Part shown: piece after piece, positions 8,596-19,116 of the stretch | Position numbering within the stretch: the first letter of the stretch is position 1 | How the letters are laid out: every line of letters begins with the position of its first letter | Virus record (IMG/VR): IMGVR_UViG_3300042544_001941 | From: a virus | Reading direction: 5' to 3' (one strand) | DNA: 64,000 bases | Translations under genes and position numbers: made by a program | The notes under the pieces: generated by a model | Databases searched by the model: none | What the model was told of the DNA's origin: nothing | What the model saw: the letters and a program-made list of their open reading frames with translations, nothing else

Positions 8596-10101
8596 CAACT
8601 TTTTCAATAATCTATCAATTAGTGATTCTTTTGGGTGGTCGAATTTATTTTTAATAACCTTCTTAACAAATTCGGACAATTCAAGATGTCCCTTTTCTGA
8701 ATAGTGGTAATCATTTACTTCCCCTCGAGTTTCTTCGTGAATAGTTTCAAAATCTTTAATACTTAATAATTTATTTTTTAAAATATTAATCGTTGTATCT
8801 GAATTAATACCGTATGGTAAATCCCAACACCAATGAATTACTAAATTACTTTTACAAATCTTATCAATTAACATAACGTATTCTAATATTTCTTTGTAAA
8901 ACGCGTTACCTCTATTTAATTTAATTTCATCTAAAGATTGTTTGGATATTGAATTTTTTAAACCCTCAATATTGTTAGTATCTGCGACGTCCCAAAAAGT
9001 GTCGTCCTCTTTTGATGTTCTGAATCTAAATACAGAAGTCCAATTTATTATTATAATATCTTCAGGTTCGATATCACTCATTACCTTTGTAAATTGTCCT
9101 AAAATTGATGAGTTAGATGCTCCCGGTTTAGAAAAGTTTTTTACATTGTAACCAAAGTCTTCCGATATAATATCGATATAACTTCTTGGTATATATCCTT
9201 TGAAATTAACATAATCTTCAAATGACTTATATTGTATTGAAAGGTCTTCAAATCCAGTACTAAACGAATCACCGAAAACCCACAACTTTTGTGTTAGTTT
9301 TTCTTTTAATATTTTACATAATTCTTCACCTAATGCTTTGTGACCTAATACACCTGGGTGTGTATCTGACACAACAAAATTGGTGTCGTCACAAATATTA
9401 AGTTTACGATTTGTGGTAAATGGACTTACACCCCATTCACCAGCAGGTGTAATCATTCTTTTTTTATTTAGTTTATTATACACTTCCATACGATACCTGT
9501 CTTGAATTTTATGGAATTCTAAAATGTAATAATATTCGATATTTAAACTTTCCAAAAAACTAACTAACCCTAAAAACTCGTCACCAATTTTATCTTCATA
9601 TACGAATGGGTCGTGAAATGTATCCAAATGATTTTTTAAATATTTGTTTACCTCGTAATACTCTCTTTCATCGTACATCCTATCACTCCCCGACCAATTA
9701 TCCGTTGCGTCCACACCTTTTAATTCGCCGGTTTCTAAATCATATTTCGGATTTATAACTAAATAATCACCGATTTTTTTATAGTACATTTCGGCCCTGT
9801 GAGCTGCATTATTTATTTGTAAAAAGAATAAAGTTTTCTTGGCTTCGTCAAAACCAATCTCTTTGATGTATTCATAAACTCTTCTAATTAAACGAGGTGA
9901 ACCAGTTCCTGATTTTGCATCATTGATAACAGGGCATTCAAAAAACTCACCCAAATATTTTGGATATGTCAATTCCTTTTCGTGATTGTATTCAATATTA
10001 TGAAGTTCTTTATATCTTTCTTTAACATCGTTAGATTCTAAACCACTTCCTGCGGTTAATGAACAACCTGTAACGTAAATTCTTTTAAATCTTTTTAACA
10101 T
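8590..10101 (-). CDS. Protein with two tandem SGNH/GDSL-like domains
   Basis: GCSLTAG...DTHP and GDSFSTG...GASN...DYHY motif sets. Confidence 0.65.
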   Translation of the reverse strand: MLKRFKRIYVTGCSLTAGSGLESNDVKERYKELHNIEYNHEKELTYPKYLGEFFECPVINDAKSGTGSPRLIRRVYEYIKEIGFDEAKKTLFFLQINNAAHRAEMYYKKIGDYLVINPKYDLETGELKGVDATDNWSGSDRMYDEREYYEVNKYLKNHLDTFHDPFVYEDKIGDEFLGLVSFLESLNIEYYYILEFHKIQDRYRMEVYNKLNKKRMITPAGEWGVSPFTTNRKLNICDDTNFVVSDTHPGVLGHKALGEELCKILKEKLTQKLWVFGDSFSTGFEDLSIQYKSFEDYVNFKGYIPRSYIDIISEDFGYNVKNFSKPGASNSSILGQFTKVMSDIEPEDIIIINWTSVFRFRTSKEDDTFWDVADTNNIEGLKNSISKQSLDEIKLNRGNAFYKEILEYVMLIDKICKSNLVIHWCWDLPYGINSDTTINILKNKLLSIKDFETIHEETRGEVNDYHYSEKGHLELSEFVKKVIKNKFDHPKESLIDRLLKKLL

Positions 10102-10103
10102 AA

Positions 10104-10850
10104 TTAGAATGGTGTTGCAACACCTCTTTTTGATACTACAATTGAGGCCATTTCATTTGCAAATTTTATCGAATCGGAAATATCATCCGTTTCGTAAATC
10201 TTTGTAATGAATGAGGCCACAAAGGTATCACCCGCACCACTAACATCTATTGTTTGTTTTGGTGATGGTGATGGATAATTAACGTTGTTATACATAGCAC
10301 CTTTCATACCTAATGTAACAACCATTTTATTTAAATACTTTTCGGATAATTTTTTATTAACCGAAAATTCTTCTTCGTTTAATTTGATAAACGTATAGGA
10401 CTCAACCACACTATCAGTGAGATTTCGTTTACTATCAATAATTGACAATTTTGATAATTGACCGATTTCAACTAAAACATCATCAGTTAGAAATCCTTTA
10501 TTGTAATCACTAACAATGGTTATATCACTTTTCTCGATTAGTTTCCTAATATACCCATTTAATTTCAACGGACTAACATCACCCTCACCATCGTCAACTC
10601 TTAAAAACATATAATTACTTTTATCGTCAACGTAACGGGTCTTAGTTATTTTAGTTTGTTGGGGTACATAATTAACATCGGCATCGGGAACAAGACCTTT
10701 TAAATTTTCCATAACATTACCACACATACCATTATTGATAGTTGTATATTTTGGAATGAAAACAGGTACAGGTGCTTCAGGACTTAATCTTTTAGATTCT
10801 CCGTATACAAATACATCTTCACAAATTTCACCTATTACTATTATTCTCAT
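10104..10850 (-). CDS. PfkB-family sugar kinase, HldE/RfaE domain I-like
   Basis: RLSPEAPVPV, SDYNKG and DVSGAGDTF motifs. Confidence 0.9.
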   Translation of the reverse strand: MRIIVIGEICEDVFVYGESKRLSPEAPVPVFIPKYTTINNGMCGNVMENLKGLVPDADVNYVPQQTKITKTRYVDDKSNYMFLRVDDGEGDVSPLKLNGYIRKLIEKSDITIVSDYNKGFLTDDVLVEIGQLSKLSIIDSKRNLTDSVVESYTFIKLNEEEFSVNKKLSEKYLNKMVVTLGMKGAMYNNVNYPSPSPKQTIDVSGAGDTFVASFITKIYETDDISDSIKFANEMASIVVSKRGVATPF

Positions 10851-11229
10851 AATTTAAAATTTTACTAGAAGAGTACCCATCAATCTTTTCAAAAAATTCA
10901 ATGTGTGGGACGTGTTCTAATCCTATTATTTGTTTATACCTATACTCACCACCGATGACCATCACATCGGGTTCTAATTTTTTAATTTGATTTACCAATT
11001 CTTCGTCTGTGTTAAAACATACCACATTATCAACAAAACGTATAGACGAAATAAAATCCATCCTATCAACCAATGTGTTGAACGGTCTTGATTCTCCCTT
11101 TTTTGAACGAACTCTTTCATCCGTGTCCAACCCAACAGTAACGGAGCCAAATGAGTTCGCAAACTCAAGAAGTTTAATATGACCAATATGAACAACATCG
11201 AATGTCCCATTTACCCAAACTTTTTTCAT
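10828..11229 (-). CDS. Nucleotidyltransferase, HldE/RfaE domain II-like
   Basis: NGTFDVVHIGH, KGESRP and YSSS motifs. Confidence 0.9.
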   Translation of the reverse strand: MKKVWVNGTFDVVHIGHIKLLEFANSFGSVTVGLDTDERVRSKKGESRPFNTLVDRMDFISSIRFVDNVVCFNTDEELVNQIKKLEPDVMVIGGEYRYKQIIGLEHVPHIEFFEKIDGYSSSKILNYENNSNR

Positions 11230-11232
11230 TTT

Positions 11233-11583
11233 TTATTTTTGTGAATCTCCTTTAAAAATTCGATATGAGTCGTCATCAAAGTGTTGTGTTGAAACTTCGA
11301 ATATGACCCCCTCCTCAATACATTCTAATTGATGTGGTAAACCTGGTGGAATATTAACAATGTTACCCATATCTAAAGTCTCTTCGTAAATGTTAGCACT
11401 ATTCTTTTCAATCCAACGATAAATAAATTTACCACTATTGACATACCAAGTTTCATCCTTTAACATATGAAAATGCATTGAGGATATTGAACCTTCATTA
11501 AAACATAATAATTTACCGCAATATTTTTCACTATTAGCAATTACGATTTCTTTACCCCATCCTTTTTTTACTTGTTCACTCAT
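11233..11583 (-). CDS. Cupin protein (sugar isomerase-like)
   Basis: KGWGKE, YCGK, SMHFHMLKDET, PHQL and EVST motifs. Confidence 0.8.
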   Translation of the reverse strand: MSEQVKKGWGKEIVIANSEKYCGKLLCFNEGSISSMHFHMLKDETWYVNSGKFIYRWIEKNSANIYEETLDMGNIVNIPPGLPHQLECIEEGVIFEVSTQHFDDDSYRIFKGDSQK

Positions 11584-12329
11584 TAGTTATTTTCTTTTAA
11601 GTAGTTATACATTTCTTGTGACCACCATTTTACAAATTCTAAATTTGGATGTCTACCATTATCATTATTGAATAATGGGTGGGTAAACATAAATGGCATC
11701 ATTGTTTTATACTTTGTAAAAAAATGTTTATCAGATAAAAAATCTTCACGATACTCACGACTTAATAAAACCATATCATTCATATCTTCAGGAAAATTAC
11801 TGGTCGTATCAAAATCATAATCTAATATTGAACCGATACCTTCGAACATAACGAAATCTATGTTTTTTGAAATTAGATATGATTTTGCCATCAACATAAA
11901 ATTAATTGCTCTAATCACATTTTCATTATCTTCCCACCAAATCGATTGAAAAAAGTCCTTATTCTCTTTAATAAAATACATTTGGTCAGTCTTATGGTCG
12001 TGATTAAAATGTTCATCATCTAATGAAGCGTAATTCACTGTCTGATATCTTTTATAATCATTTAACCAATATTCTCTTCTTGATATTTCACTAAATTGTA
12101 ACCCCACACAACAATCGGTCATATCATTCGTTTCACAATACTTTATGATTTTATTAAGGATAATATAATTAGACGACCCTCCAGCACCTCTGTTAATATG
12201 TTCACAACCGAGTAATTCGGATAGTTGGTAACCCCAAGAGGCTTCCTCACCTTGGAAATGTCCGTGAGTGAAGGAACATCCTGAAGTAATTAATTTCTTA
12301 TATTTCTTATTTGGGTTAATTAACGACAT
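11583..12329 (-). CDS. SGNH/GDSL-like protein
   Basis: SGCSFTHG, GAGGSSN and GRHP motifs. Confidence 0.6.
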   Translation of the reverse strand: MSLINPNKKYKKLITSGCSFTHGHFQGEEASWGYQLSELLGCEHINRGAGGSSNYIILNKIIKYCETNDMTDCCVGLQFSEISRREYWLNDYKRYQTVNYASLDDEHFNHDHKTDQMYFIKENKDFFQSIWWEDNENVIRAINFMLMAKSYLISKNIDFVMFEGIGSILDYDFDTTSNFPEDMNDMVLLSREYREDFLSDKHFFTKYKTMMPFMFTHPLFNNDNGRHPNLEFVKWWSQEMYNYLKENN

Positions 12330-12384
12330 ATGTAAAATATACATAAAAAAACAATAAAATGGAAATTAAAATGTATTTATTACT

Positions 12385-12663
12385 ATGAAAATAATAGTAA
12401 CAGAAGAACAATTAAAAAAAATATTGGAGGCTGAAACTTCCGATAAAGTCATATGTGACGGATGTGGATGGGAATGGAAGAAATCAGAAGGTGGTGATGA
12501 TATGTATTTGTGTCACAAATGTGGACACGACAATAAAAAAGAGGACATTGACGAAAGAAGTAGAAGTTTTGCATTTACAAGAAAAAAAAGAAAATTTAGT
12601 AAACCCGAAAGAATGTCTAACCCACTTAGATATAAAGAAAATGATAGATTAGGTTTGTCCTAA
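12385..12663 (+). CDS. Leader-bearing zinc-ribbon protein
   Basis: MKIIVTEEQLKKILE leader; CDGC...CHKC; TATTTAT at 12374. Confidence 0.75.
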   Translation: MKIIVTEEQLKKILEAETSDKVICDGCGWEWKKSEGGDDMYLCHKCGHDNKKEDIDERSRSFAFTRKKRKFSKPERMSNPLRYKENDRLGLS

Positions 12664-12685
12664 TTGTGAAACACATAATTAAAAG

Positions 12686-12711
12686 AAAACCCCTCAAATG
12701 AGGGGTTTTTT
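12686..12711. terminator. Bidirectional intrinsic terminator
   Basis: AAAACCCCTCA-AA-TGAGGGGTTTT between convergent genes. Confidence 0.8.
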
Positions 12712-12737
12712 ATTTTGACCTTGTGATTAGTTTATTA

Positions 12738-13535
12738 TTAAAATTTAGTTCCGCAATGTGGGCAGAACTTATGGGTGTCTTTTTTTCTCTTACTACCACA
12801 CTCAGTACAGTAAGTAACTAAATCTTCCTTAGTAACAACTTGGGTTGATTTAGGTTTAATTTTCCACCAATTTGTTGTTGATGGATAACTATTAAACGAT
12901 GAACTATCATATGTGAAAGATTGGTCAGAATTGGAACCTTTCTCCACTCTACCAGTTTCAACTTGTCTTGATGATTTCTTTATTTTATTATCATTATTAA
13001 AAAATGAATTGGTATTAATAGTACCACTTGTTAATGTGGAATTATAAATCATATTTGTTCCTGATGTTGTAAATGTTGGATTATAATACGGACTACCAGT
13101 TGTTGTACTCCCCCAACCAAAATTCGGATTATTAATGGTTACAGTACCACTATTAACATTATATGTTGATATTTTTACCTCATCATAGAATTTAATAACA
13201 ACATCACCATTATTTACAATTGCTTGTTGTACTTCCTCATTATTCCCATTTACAGTGTACGTTTCGAACAAAAACTTCTTTGCCTCATCAAGGTACCTTT
13301 CGAGGAAAACACGCTCACCAGGACGAAGTATGATACCATTACCAATGGAATTACCATTCATCTCGATTTTTGCTAAAACTTTATTGTTTGTTGGATTGTA
13401 AAGTTCGATTTCGAACTCATCACCGTTATTAAGATATACGGTATCTGTGTGCTGTTTTAATCTTTGTTTACTCTTGGTAATAAAAGATTGTGGTACAGCA
13501 TAACCAATCGTGTTGATTGAAATTCTTCTGTTCAT
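12738..13535 (-). CDS. Hypothetical protein with C-terminal zinc ribbon
   Basis: EFEIELYNP, LRPGERVFLERY and ETGRVEKG motifs; CTECG...FCPHCG. Confidence 0.75.
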   Translation of the reverse strand: MNRRISINTIGYAVPQSFITKSKQRLKQHTDTVYLNNGDEFEIELYNPTNNKVLAKIEMNGNSIGNGIILRPGERVFLERYLDEAKKFLFETYTVNGNNEEVQQAIVNNGDVVIKFYDEVKISTYNVNSGTVTINNPNFGWGSTTTGSPYYNPTFTTSGTNMIYNSTLTSGTINTNSFFNNDNKIKKSSRQVETGRVEKGSNSDQSFTYDSSSFNSYPSTTNWWKIKPKSTQVVTKEDLVTYCTECGSKRKKDTHKFCPHCGTKF

Positions 13536-13670
13536 TTCCTTATATTTTTTGTATTTGAACCCGAATTCGTTGGTATCAATTCCAACTCAAATGCCACGAG
13601 GACACTTCCGATTCAACCACAAGGTCTAATATAAGTATAAGGAAATTTTATAAAATGTAAAGTAAAATGG

Positions 13671-14132
13671 TTACAAATTGTAAACTTCTAATTCCATTTC
13701 ATATTCGAATTTACCATCAACAAGGTAAAATCTAATATCCAATCTATCTCCAATGGTTACAACACCTTCTCCTTGATTGGTACTTGTTTCTAATTTACTC
13801 CAATCTAACGGAATCTTAACCTCTTTAATGATAGGTTCATTTGCGTTGTCAGGATATAAATGTAGTTCTACTTCAATTTCGTCATTACCTTGGATATCAT
13901 ATAGTGAAATATTTTTGATACCCCAACTTCTATGTTCTTGTTCGATTAAATAGGTTAATCTCATTTCATCATAGTATGTTGTAATGTCGTCAAGGGTCAT
14001 ATTCTCATAACGAGGACTTCCACCTATACCAACATTAACTTTAACGACTCTTTCGTATCTGTTATTAACATCTTCGTTTATCATCTTTTGTAGATTTTTG
14101 TATTGATTTTCTGAAATTACTATTTTTCCCAT
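13671..14132 (-). CDS. Hypothetical leader-bearing protein
   Basis: MGKIVISENQYKNLQKMINED. Confidence 0.75.
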   Translation of the reverse strand: MGKIVISENQYKNLQKMINEDVNNRYERVVKVNVGIGGSPRYENMTLDDITTYYDEMRLTYLIEQEHRSWGIKNISLYDIQGNDEIEVELHLYPDNANEPIIKEVKIPLDWSKLETSTNQGEGVVTIGDRLDIRFYLVDGKFEYEMELEVYNL

Positions 14133-14198
14133 AATAATAAATATTACATTTACAAATGTAAGTATTTTTTCGGATATTTATATTATAATATAAAATTT

Positions 14199-15425
14199 AT
14201 GAGAAGAATTATTATAACTGAAGAGCAAGTCAAATTCGTGGTTGACAGGATGATTGAGGAGCAAATCGGGTTTGAAAAACAAAGTGATATTAACAACATC
14301 ATTTCAACAAAGGACCCGAGGCATACCAAATATTTTGTAGGTAAAAGGGTAGGTGATATGGCAAGAAGGGCTGGTTTAGTGTGGGATAATAAAACCAACC
14401 AAGTCAAGCCAGATGAAAATGCTGACAGATATTTCAATCAAACTGTATCAAAAATGAAATCTATGATGGATGAAACATCCGCACAGATTTTCGACAGTAT
14501 GTTAACTAAAAACCCAAACTTTTATTATTATGTGGTTTCTGCAATGAATAATGGTGTTTTTGGAACACAAACAAAAGATAAGAAAATTGTGGTCGACAAC
14601 CAAACAACAATTAAACAAGAAATGGTTAGTCCGGGTCAGGAAGGTAAAGAAATCGAACTTCCAAGTGTTGAACAAGGGTATGAGATGTTTACACCTCCCA
14701 CGGTGGAACAACCAATGCAATTTCAATTTAATGAGGCTGTAATGACACCTCAATTTATCCAATATATTAATGAAACTATTTTTGGTGGTATTGATGAGGC
14801 TATCAAAAATATGACTGACGAATTACAAAAAAATGGTAGAACAGCGGTAGATGTTTATGTAAATAAATTACAAATTAATTCATCTTGTTCTACGATACCG
14901 AATGGAACAAGTAAAAAAACATTTCCTGGAAAAGTTCCAACATTTAAAGAACTATCGGATGCAAGAGCAAAAGTGGTGAGTGATTATTTGATGGCTGGGT
15001 TAACAAAAAGAAAGGCAAAATTCAACCAAAGTGGTATCGTAATTAATAGTGATGGTACGAATGCTGGTAAGATGATAACCATTAAGAGCGGAGATAGAAT
15101 GATTGAAGTTGATGGAACAGGTACAAGTGGGGAAGCATATGTTGGTCAGGATAAACAAGATTTAGTTAAAAATCAAAGAGTTGATATGACATTTGCATTT
15201 GCAGTTAGAGGTAGTAACCCACCAAAAACTCAAAAAGTGACAATTGACCCAATTCCACCACAATTTGCACCGGTAGAGGTAACCGATTTTATGGTTAGAT
15301 TTACCGCAACGGGTAGAAATATATTTAAGTTCAGACCTAACCTCAGAATAAGAATCACATTACCGAGGATATCATTTAGAGGTTTATTTGGAAGGGGGAC
15401 GAGTATGCCGTGTCCTAAATTCTAA
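14199..15425 (+). CDS. Leader-bearing protein with OmpA-C-like peptidoglycan-binding motifs
   Basis: MRRIIITEEQVK leader; FQFNEA...LSDARAKVVSDYL...NQRVD resembles the OmpA-like LSxxRAxxVxxYL / NRRV motifs. Confidence 0.55.
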   Translation: MRRIIITEEQVKFVVDRMIEEQIGFEKQSDINNIISTKDPRHTKYFVGKRVGDMARRAGLVWDNKTNQVKPDENADRYFNQTVSKMKSMMDETSAQIFDSMLTKNPNFYYYVVSAMNNGVFGTQTKDKKIVVDNQTTIKQEMVSPGQEGKEIELPSVEQGYEMFTPPTVEQPMQFQFNEAVMTPQFIQYINETIFGGIDEAIKNMTDELQKNGRTAVDVYVNKLQINSSCSTIPNGTSKKTFPGKVPTFKELSDARAKVVSDYLMAGLTKRKAKFNQSGIVINSDGTNAGKMITIKSGDRMIEVDGTGTSGEAYVGQDKQDLVKNQRVDMTFAFAVRGSNPPKTQKVTIDPIPPQFAPVEVTDFMVRFTATGRNIFKFRPNLRIRITLPRISFRGLFGRGTSMPCPKF

Positions 15426-15952
15426 TTTAAAGCAACAAAACAAAAATAATAGAAGGTTTCACTTTTTTCATATGAAAGGTGAAACCTTTTTATTTTATTA
15501 TCGAGAAGTAAATCGTTATGTGAGTTAGAATTTTTCCATAAAAGAAAACAGTACATTGCAATATCGTAATTTGTGGATTCACCCATTGACATCTTATTCA
15601 TTATATTACCAACCTCATCAATATTTGAAGAATAATATGGTTGTTTGTTTGGTGGTATATTTCTAACCTTTGCAATGTTTTCACCTGCAAAAGTGAATTT
15701 TAATGGTAGTGATTTTACCTTTTCTTTAAACCTCTCATCTTCAAGGTGATTGTAATTTACAATTATATCTCTACTACGCTCATCAGTTAATGGTTTTATA
15801 GATTCGTCTATTAAGATTTCACCCAAATTCTTACTTGTTCGATACTGATTAACTATATTCTGAAAATGTAATATAACGGATTTATCCTTATATTCGGAGG
15901 TTGTGAAACCGAAGATTATCGGTAGAGACAACAAGATTAAAAATTTTTTCAT
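15422..15952 (-). CDS. CAP/SCP domain protein with signal peptide
   Basis: VNQYR...GENIA...WKNSNSHNDLLL motifs. Confidence 0.8.
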   Translation of the reverse strand: MKKFLILLSLPIIFGFTTSEYKDKSVILHFQNIVNQYRTSKNLGEILIDESIKPLTDERSRDIIVNYNHLEDERFKEKVKSLPLKFTFAGENIAKVRNIPPNKQPYYSSNIDEVGNIMNKMSMGESTNYDIAMYCFLLWKNSNSHNDLLLDNKIKRFHLSYEKSETFYYFCFVALN

Positions 15953-16058
15953 AAACCAAATTTTTACAAAAATCTAGTATTTTTTGAAATCTACCAAATT
16001 TTATTTGATATTTTTTGGGTATTTATAAGTAATAAACTTACAAATATAAATTGATACT

Positions 16059-16901
16059 ATGCTACTTAAATTAGGTTCTGAAGGAGAAGACGTAAAAAAA
16101 TTACAGATAAAATTAGGAGTTGACCCAATAGGTAAATTCGGTCCAAAAACAGATGCAGCAGTAAAAGCTTGGCAATCTGCCAATGGTTTAACCGCTGATG
16201 GGATTGTTGGAGACGGTACTTGGTCTAAAATGTTTGGTGAAGGTGTGACAAGTGCACCAACAGTAATTACCGAACCAGCACCTGCACCGTCAGTCGGGGG
16301 GTTAAAATTGGAAAAATTAAAGGGACACATTCCTGATGCGGTTATCGCTCAAATCCCTGACACAGCTTCTAAATTTCAAATTAATACTCCACTAAGATTG
16401 GCTCACTTCTTGGCACAATGTGGACACGAATCTGGTGGATTCCGTGCAACACAAGAAAATCTAAACTATTCAGCAAAAGGATTAGCGGGAATTTTTAAAA
16501 AATACTTCCCGACTGAAGCCGCAGCCGCACCTTATGCAAGACAACCAATTAAAATAGCTTCTAAGGTATATGGTGGAAGAATGGGTAATGGTCCTGAACC
16601 AACTCAAGAAGGGTACAAATTCCGTGGTAGAGGATATATCCAATTAACTGGAAAAGAAAATTATACTGCATTTGGTAAATCGATAAATGAAGATATTTGT
16701 TCGAATCCAGATAAAGTAGCTGCTGACTATGCGTTATTATCCGCCGCTTGGTTTTTCAATAAAAACGGTTTACACAAAATGGCTGACGAAGGTGCAACTG
16801 ATACTGTTGTAACTAAAATCACTAAACGTGTTAACGGCGGTACGATTGGATTGGCGGACCGTATCAAACACTTTAAAGAATATTATTCATTATTAGTATA
16901 A
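16059..16901 (+). CDS. Endolysin: PG-binding domain plus glycoside hydrolase family 19
   Basis: GSEGEDVKKLQ and DGIVGDGTW; HFLAQCGHESGG, ENLNYS, FRGRGYIQLTG and VNGG motifs. Confidence 0.92.
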   Translation: MLLKLGSEGEDVKKLQIKLGVDPIGKFGPKTDAAVKAWQSANGLTADGIVGDGTWSKMFGEGVTSAPTVITEPAPAPSVGGLKLEKLKGHIPDAVIAQIPDTASKFQINTPLRLAHFLAQCGHESGGFRATQENLNYSAKGLAGIFKKYFPTEAAAAPYARQPIKIASKVYGGRMGNGPEPTQEGYKFRGRGYIQLTGKENYTAFGKSINEDICSNPDKVAADYALLSAAWFFNKNGLHKMADEGATDTVVTKITKRVNGGTIGLADRIKHFKEYYSLLV

Positions 16902-16902
16902 C

Positions 16903-16932
16903 AAAAAAGGGAGTTAAAAACTCCCTTTTTTT
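16903..16932. terminator. Bidirectional intrinsic terminator
   Basis: AAAAAAGGGAGT...ACTCCCTTTTTT. Confidence 0.8.
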
Positions 16933-18631
16933 ATTCACCTAACCTTTTATATTTTTTAATGTATTCGTCACCTTCAGGTCCGTCAAGATAAACTCCTCTT
17001 AATTTTTCCTTGTCTTTAGAAACTAAATTTTCTTTAGGTAATACTAAATAAAAATAATCATCACCATTTAAACTAACATAACTTCTAACAACAAATATTG
17101 TTCTTTTTTCTGGGTCGAACATAGTAATTGCTCTACCTTTTGTATAATTTAATTCCTTTATCCAATCTAAAGTTGATAAATCTAAAACACCGAATTTACC
17201 ATTATTGTATTTGTCTTCAAATATCATAATATTTGGATTATTAATGTCTTTAAATGATTGATTTAGATTTACTTTAAGAATTGCTGCTTTTACCGCAAGA
17301 ATGCCATCAGGTATTCCAATTTCCTTCACTTTTTGATTCAATGTATTTTTGTCGCTTTTGGATAACACATCAATCATACCAAAAGGTCTCCTACTATCAC
17401 TACAAGTAAATTTAGTCTTGTAATTTTCCAAAGTCACTCTACTAGCATATTCTGTTTGGAGTTCTCTCCTCATCATTAAAAACGCATCGGGGTCGTTAAT
17501 TAAGTTGTTATTTTCAATCCAAGAATACTGTAATTGGGGTGATTGGTATCCAAAATAATTATTTCTATCGGATTTGTTAAAATTAATATGTCTTAATTCT
17601 TTTTCGGCCTTTTCTCTTCCTGTCTCACCAAAGAATCTAATGATATTTTCTTTACCTCTTAAACCTGGCCATATAGCCACAATATCATCCCAACTTTTAC
17701 CTGTTTGGTCACCGTTGGGTCTTGGAGTTATTACGTACGGAGCTTCGTAATTGTAACTCGAATTTCTTGTGTCAACAGGTTGTAAAACTGATATATAATA
17801 TTGGTCATTTTCAGATTTATTTTTATCTAACACAAAATAGTAAGACCTTCTACTTCGATAAGTGTTGTACATATTACTTGAATCCAAATACGTGATACAC
17901 CATTTATTTCCACCATATTGACCAATCAAAATATGTTGTAATAAACCTAAAACTCTTGCCTCATCTTTTGATTCGACTCTAAAAACCGTTAAACCACCCT
18001 CATCAACAATCTTATGGTTTGTTTTACTCCATTTTGCCATTGCTGACGCTTTTCTAATTTCTGGAGTGTCACCATCAACTGAAAAGTCAAAACTTTCTCT
18101 TGCATCTGCCTCACTAAATCTATCAATTAAAAATTCAATCATTGGCCAAGTGTAGTGACCAATGTCTCTTAATTTACTTACATCTTTAAATGTATCGTTA
18201 ATAGATTTACCGGCTAATTTTCCATAGTATTCAGGATATTGTGAATTACTAAAACGTTGTGACATTGCAAAGACGTCAGGTTGAGGTCTTTGTTCAGGAT
18301 TTGTTGGTAGTGGATGTAATCCTGTTTTAACATTGTTAAAAAATCTAACCCCACTTTCAAGAGTGGCTTCTTCAATACCTTCAGCATCTTGTTTCCATTT
18401 TTCTTTAGCTAAATCAAATGGTGATTGTTTTTTCACTTTTTGTTTAACTTCAGGAGTTCCTTCGGGTTCTTGTGTTGGGTCACCTTCCGGCTCGTCAGTT
18501 GGTTCTTCTTCACTATCAGGTTCTTCGTTATCTTCAGGACCTGGCACCGGTGCGTTTGGGTCTAATTCCTGTTCAGGATTAGGGTCCGGTTGTTCCATTA
18601 GATATTCTAAAATGATGTCTCTTAATTTCAT
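16931..18631 (-). CDS. Large leader-bearing protein with acidic Pro/Glu N-terminal region
   Basis: MKLRDIILEYLMEQ; GGNKWCIT...YYFVLDK motif; TATTTAT at 18637-18643 on the minus strand. Confidence 0.75.
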   Translation of the reverse strand: MKLRDIILEYLMEQPDPNPEQELDPNAPVPGPEDNEEPDSEEEPTDEPEGDPTQEPEGTPEVKQKVKKQSPFDLAKEKWKQDAEGIEEATLESGVRFFNNVKTGLHPLPTNPEQRPQPDVFAMSQRFSNSQYPEYYGKLAGKSINDTFKDVSKLRDIGHYTWPMIEFLIDRFSEADARESFDFSVDGDTPEIRKASAMAKWSKTNHKIVDEGGLTVFRVESKDEARVLGLLQHILIGQYGGNKWCITYLDSSNMYNTYRSRRSYYFVLDKNKSENDQYYISVLQPVDTRNSSYNYEAPYVITPRPNGDQTGKSWDDIVAIWPGLRGKENIIRFFGETGREKAEKELRHINFNKSDRNNYFGYQSPQLQYSWIENNNLINDPDAFLMMRRELQTEYASRVTLENYKTKFTCSDSRRPFGMIDVLSKSDKNTLNQKVKEIGIPDGILAVKAAILKVNLNQSFKDINNPNIMIFEDKYNNGKFGVLDLSTLDWIKELNYTKGRAITMFDPEKRTIFVVRSYVSLNGDDYFYLVLPKENLVSKDKEKLRGVYLDGPEGDEYIKKYKRLGE

Positions 18632-18683
18632 AATTTATAAATATCTAATAAATATCTTTTTACGAGCATAAAAAACGGGGTTT

Positions 18684-19034
18684 TTATAACCCCGTCTCAA
18701 TTAAATTATTACTTTTTACGTAATGTTGTTTTAATGGTACCAATTCTTCAACAATGGTATTAACCATTTTTTCGATTAACATAATCCTCATCAACTGATT
18801 TATCTCCTCCTCATTTAGTTTACCGTTGAATTTGTTTAAAAGTACCGACTTCATTAAATTTTCATTCTCTATCTTGCTGGTTTTTACCTTTTTCTTTTCA
18901 AAATACTTTTTTGAGTTTACTTTGGTACAATCAACACAATAGATACTGTGACCGTCTTGAGTTAGTTTATTCTTGTAAAACCTATCAATCGGCAACTCTT
19001 CTTTACACTTAGTACACTTCTTTTTTAAAACCAT
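18684..19034 (-). CDS. Zinc-finger protein (CxxC-x-CxxC, as at the N-terminus of phage HNH/endonuclease VII proteins)
   Basis: CTKCKE...FYKNK...DG...CVDC; TATCTTTG promoter at 19054-19061. Confidence 0.65.
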   Translation of the reverse strand: MVLKKKCTKCKEELPIDRFYKNKLTQDGHSIYCVDCTKVNSKKYFEKKKVKTSKIENENLMKSVLLNKFNGKLNEEEINQLMRIMLIEKMVNTIVEELVPLKQHYVKSNNLIETGL

Positions 19035-19116
19035 AATTTGAATTATTTGAACACAAAGATATGTATTAATGTTAGAATATACAAATAATTAAAAATAAAA
19101 AAGTATTATTGTTATA

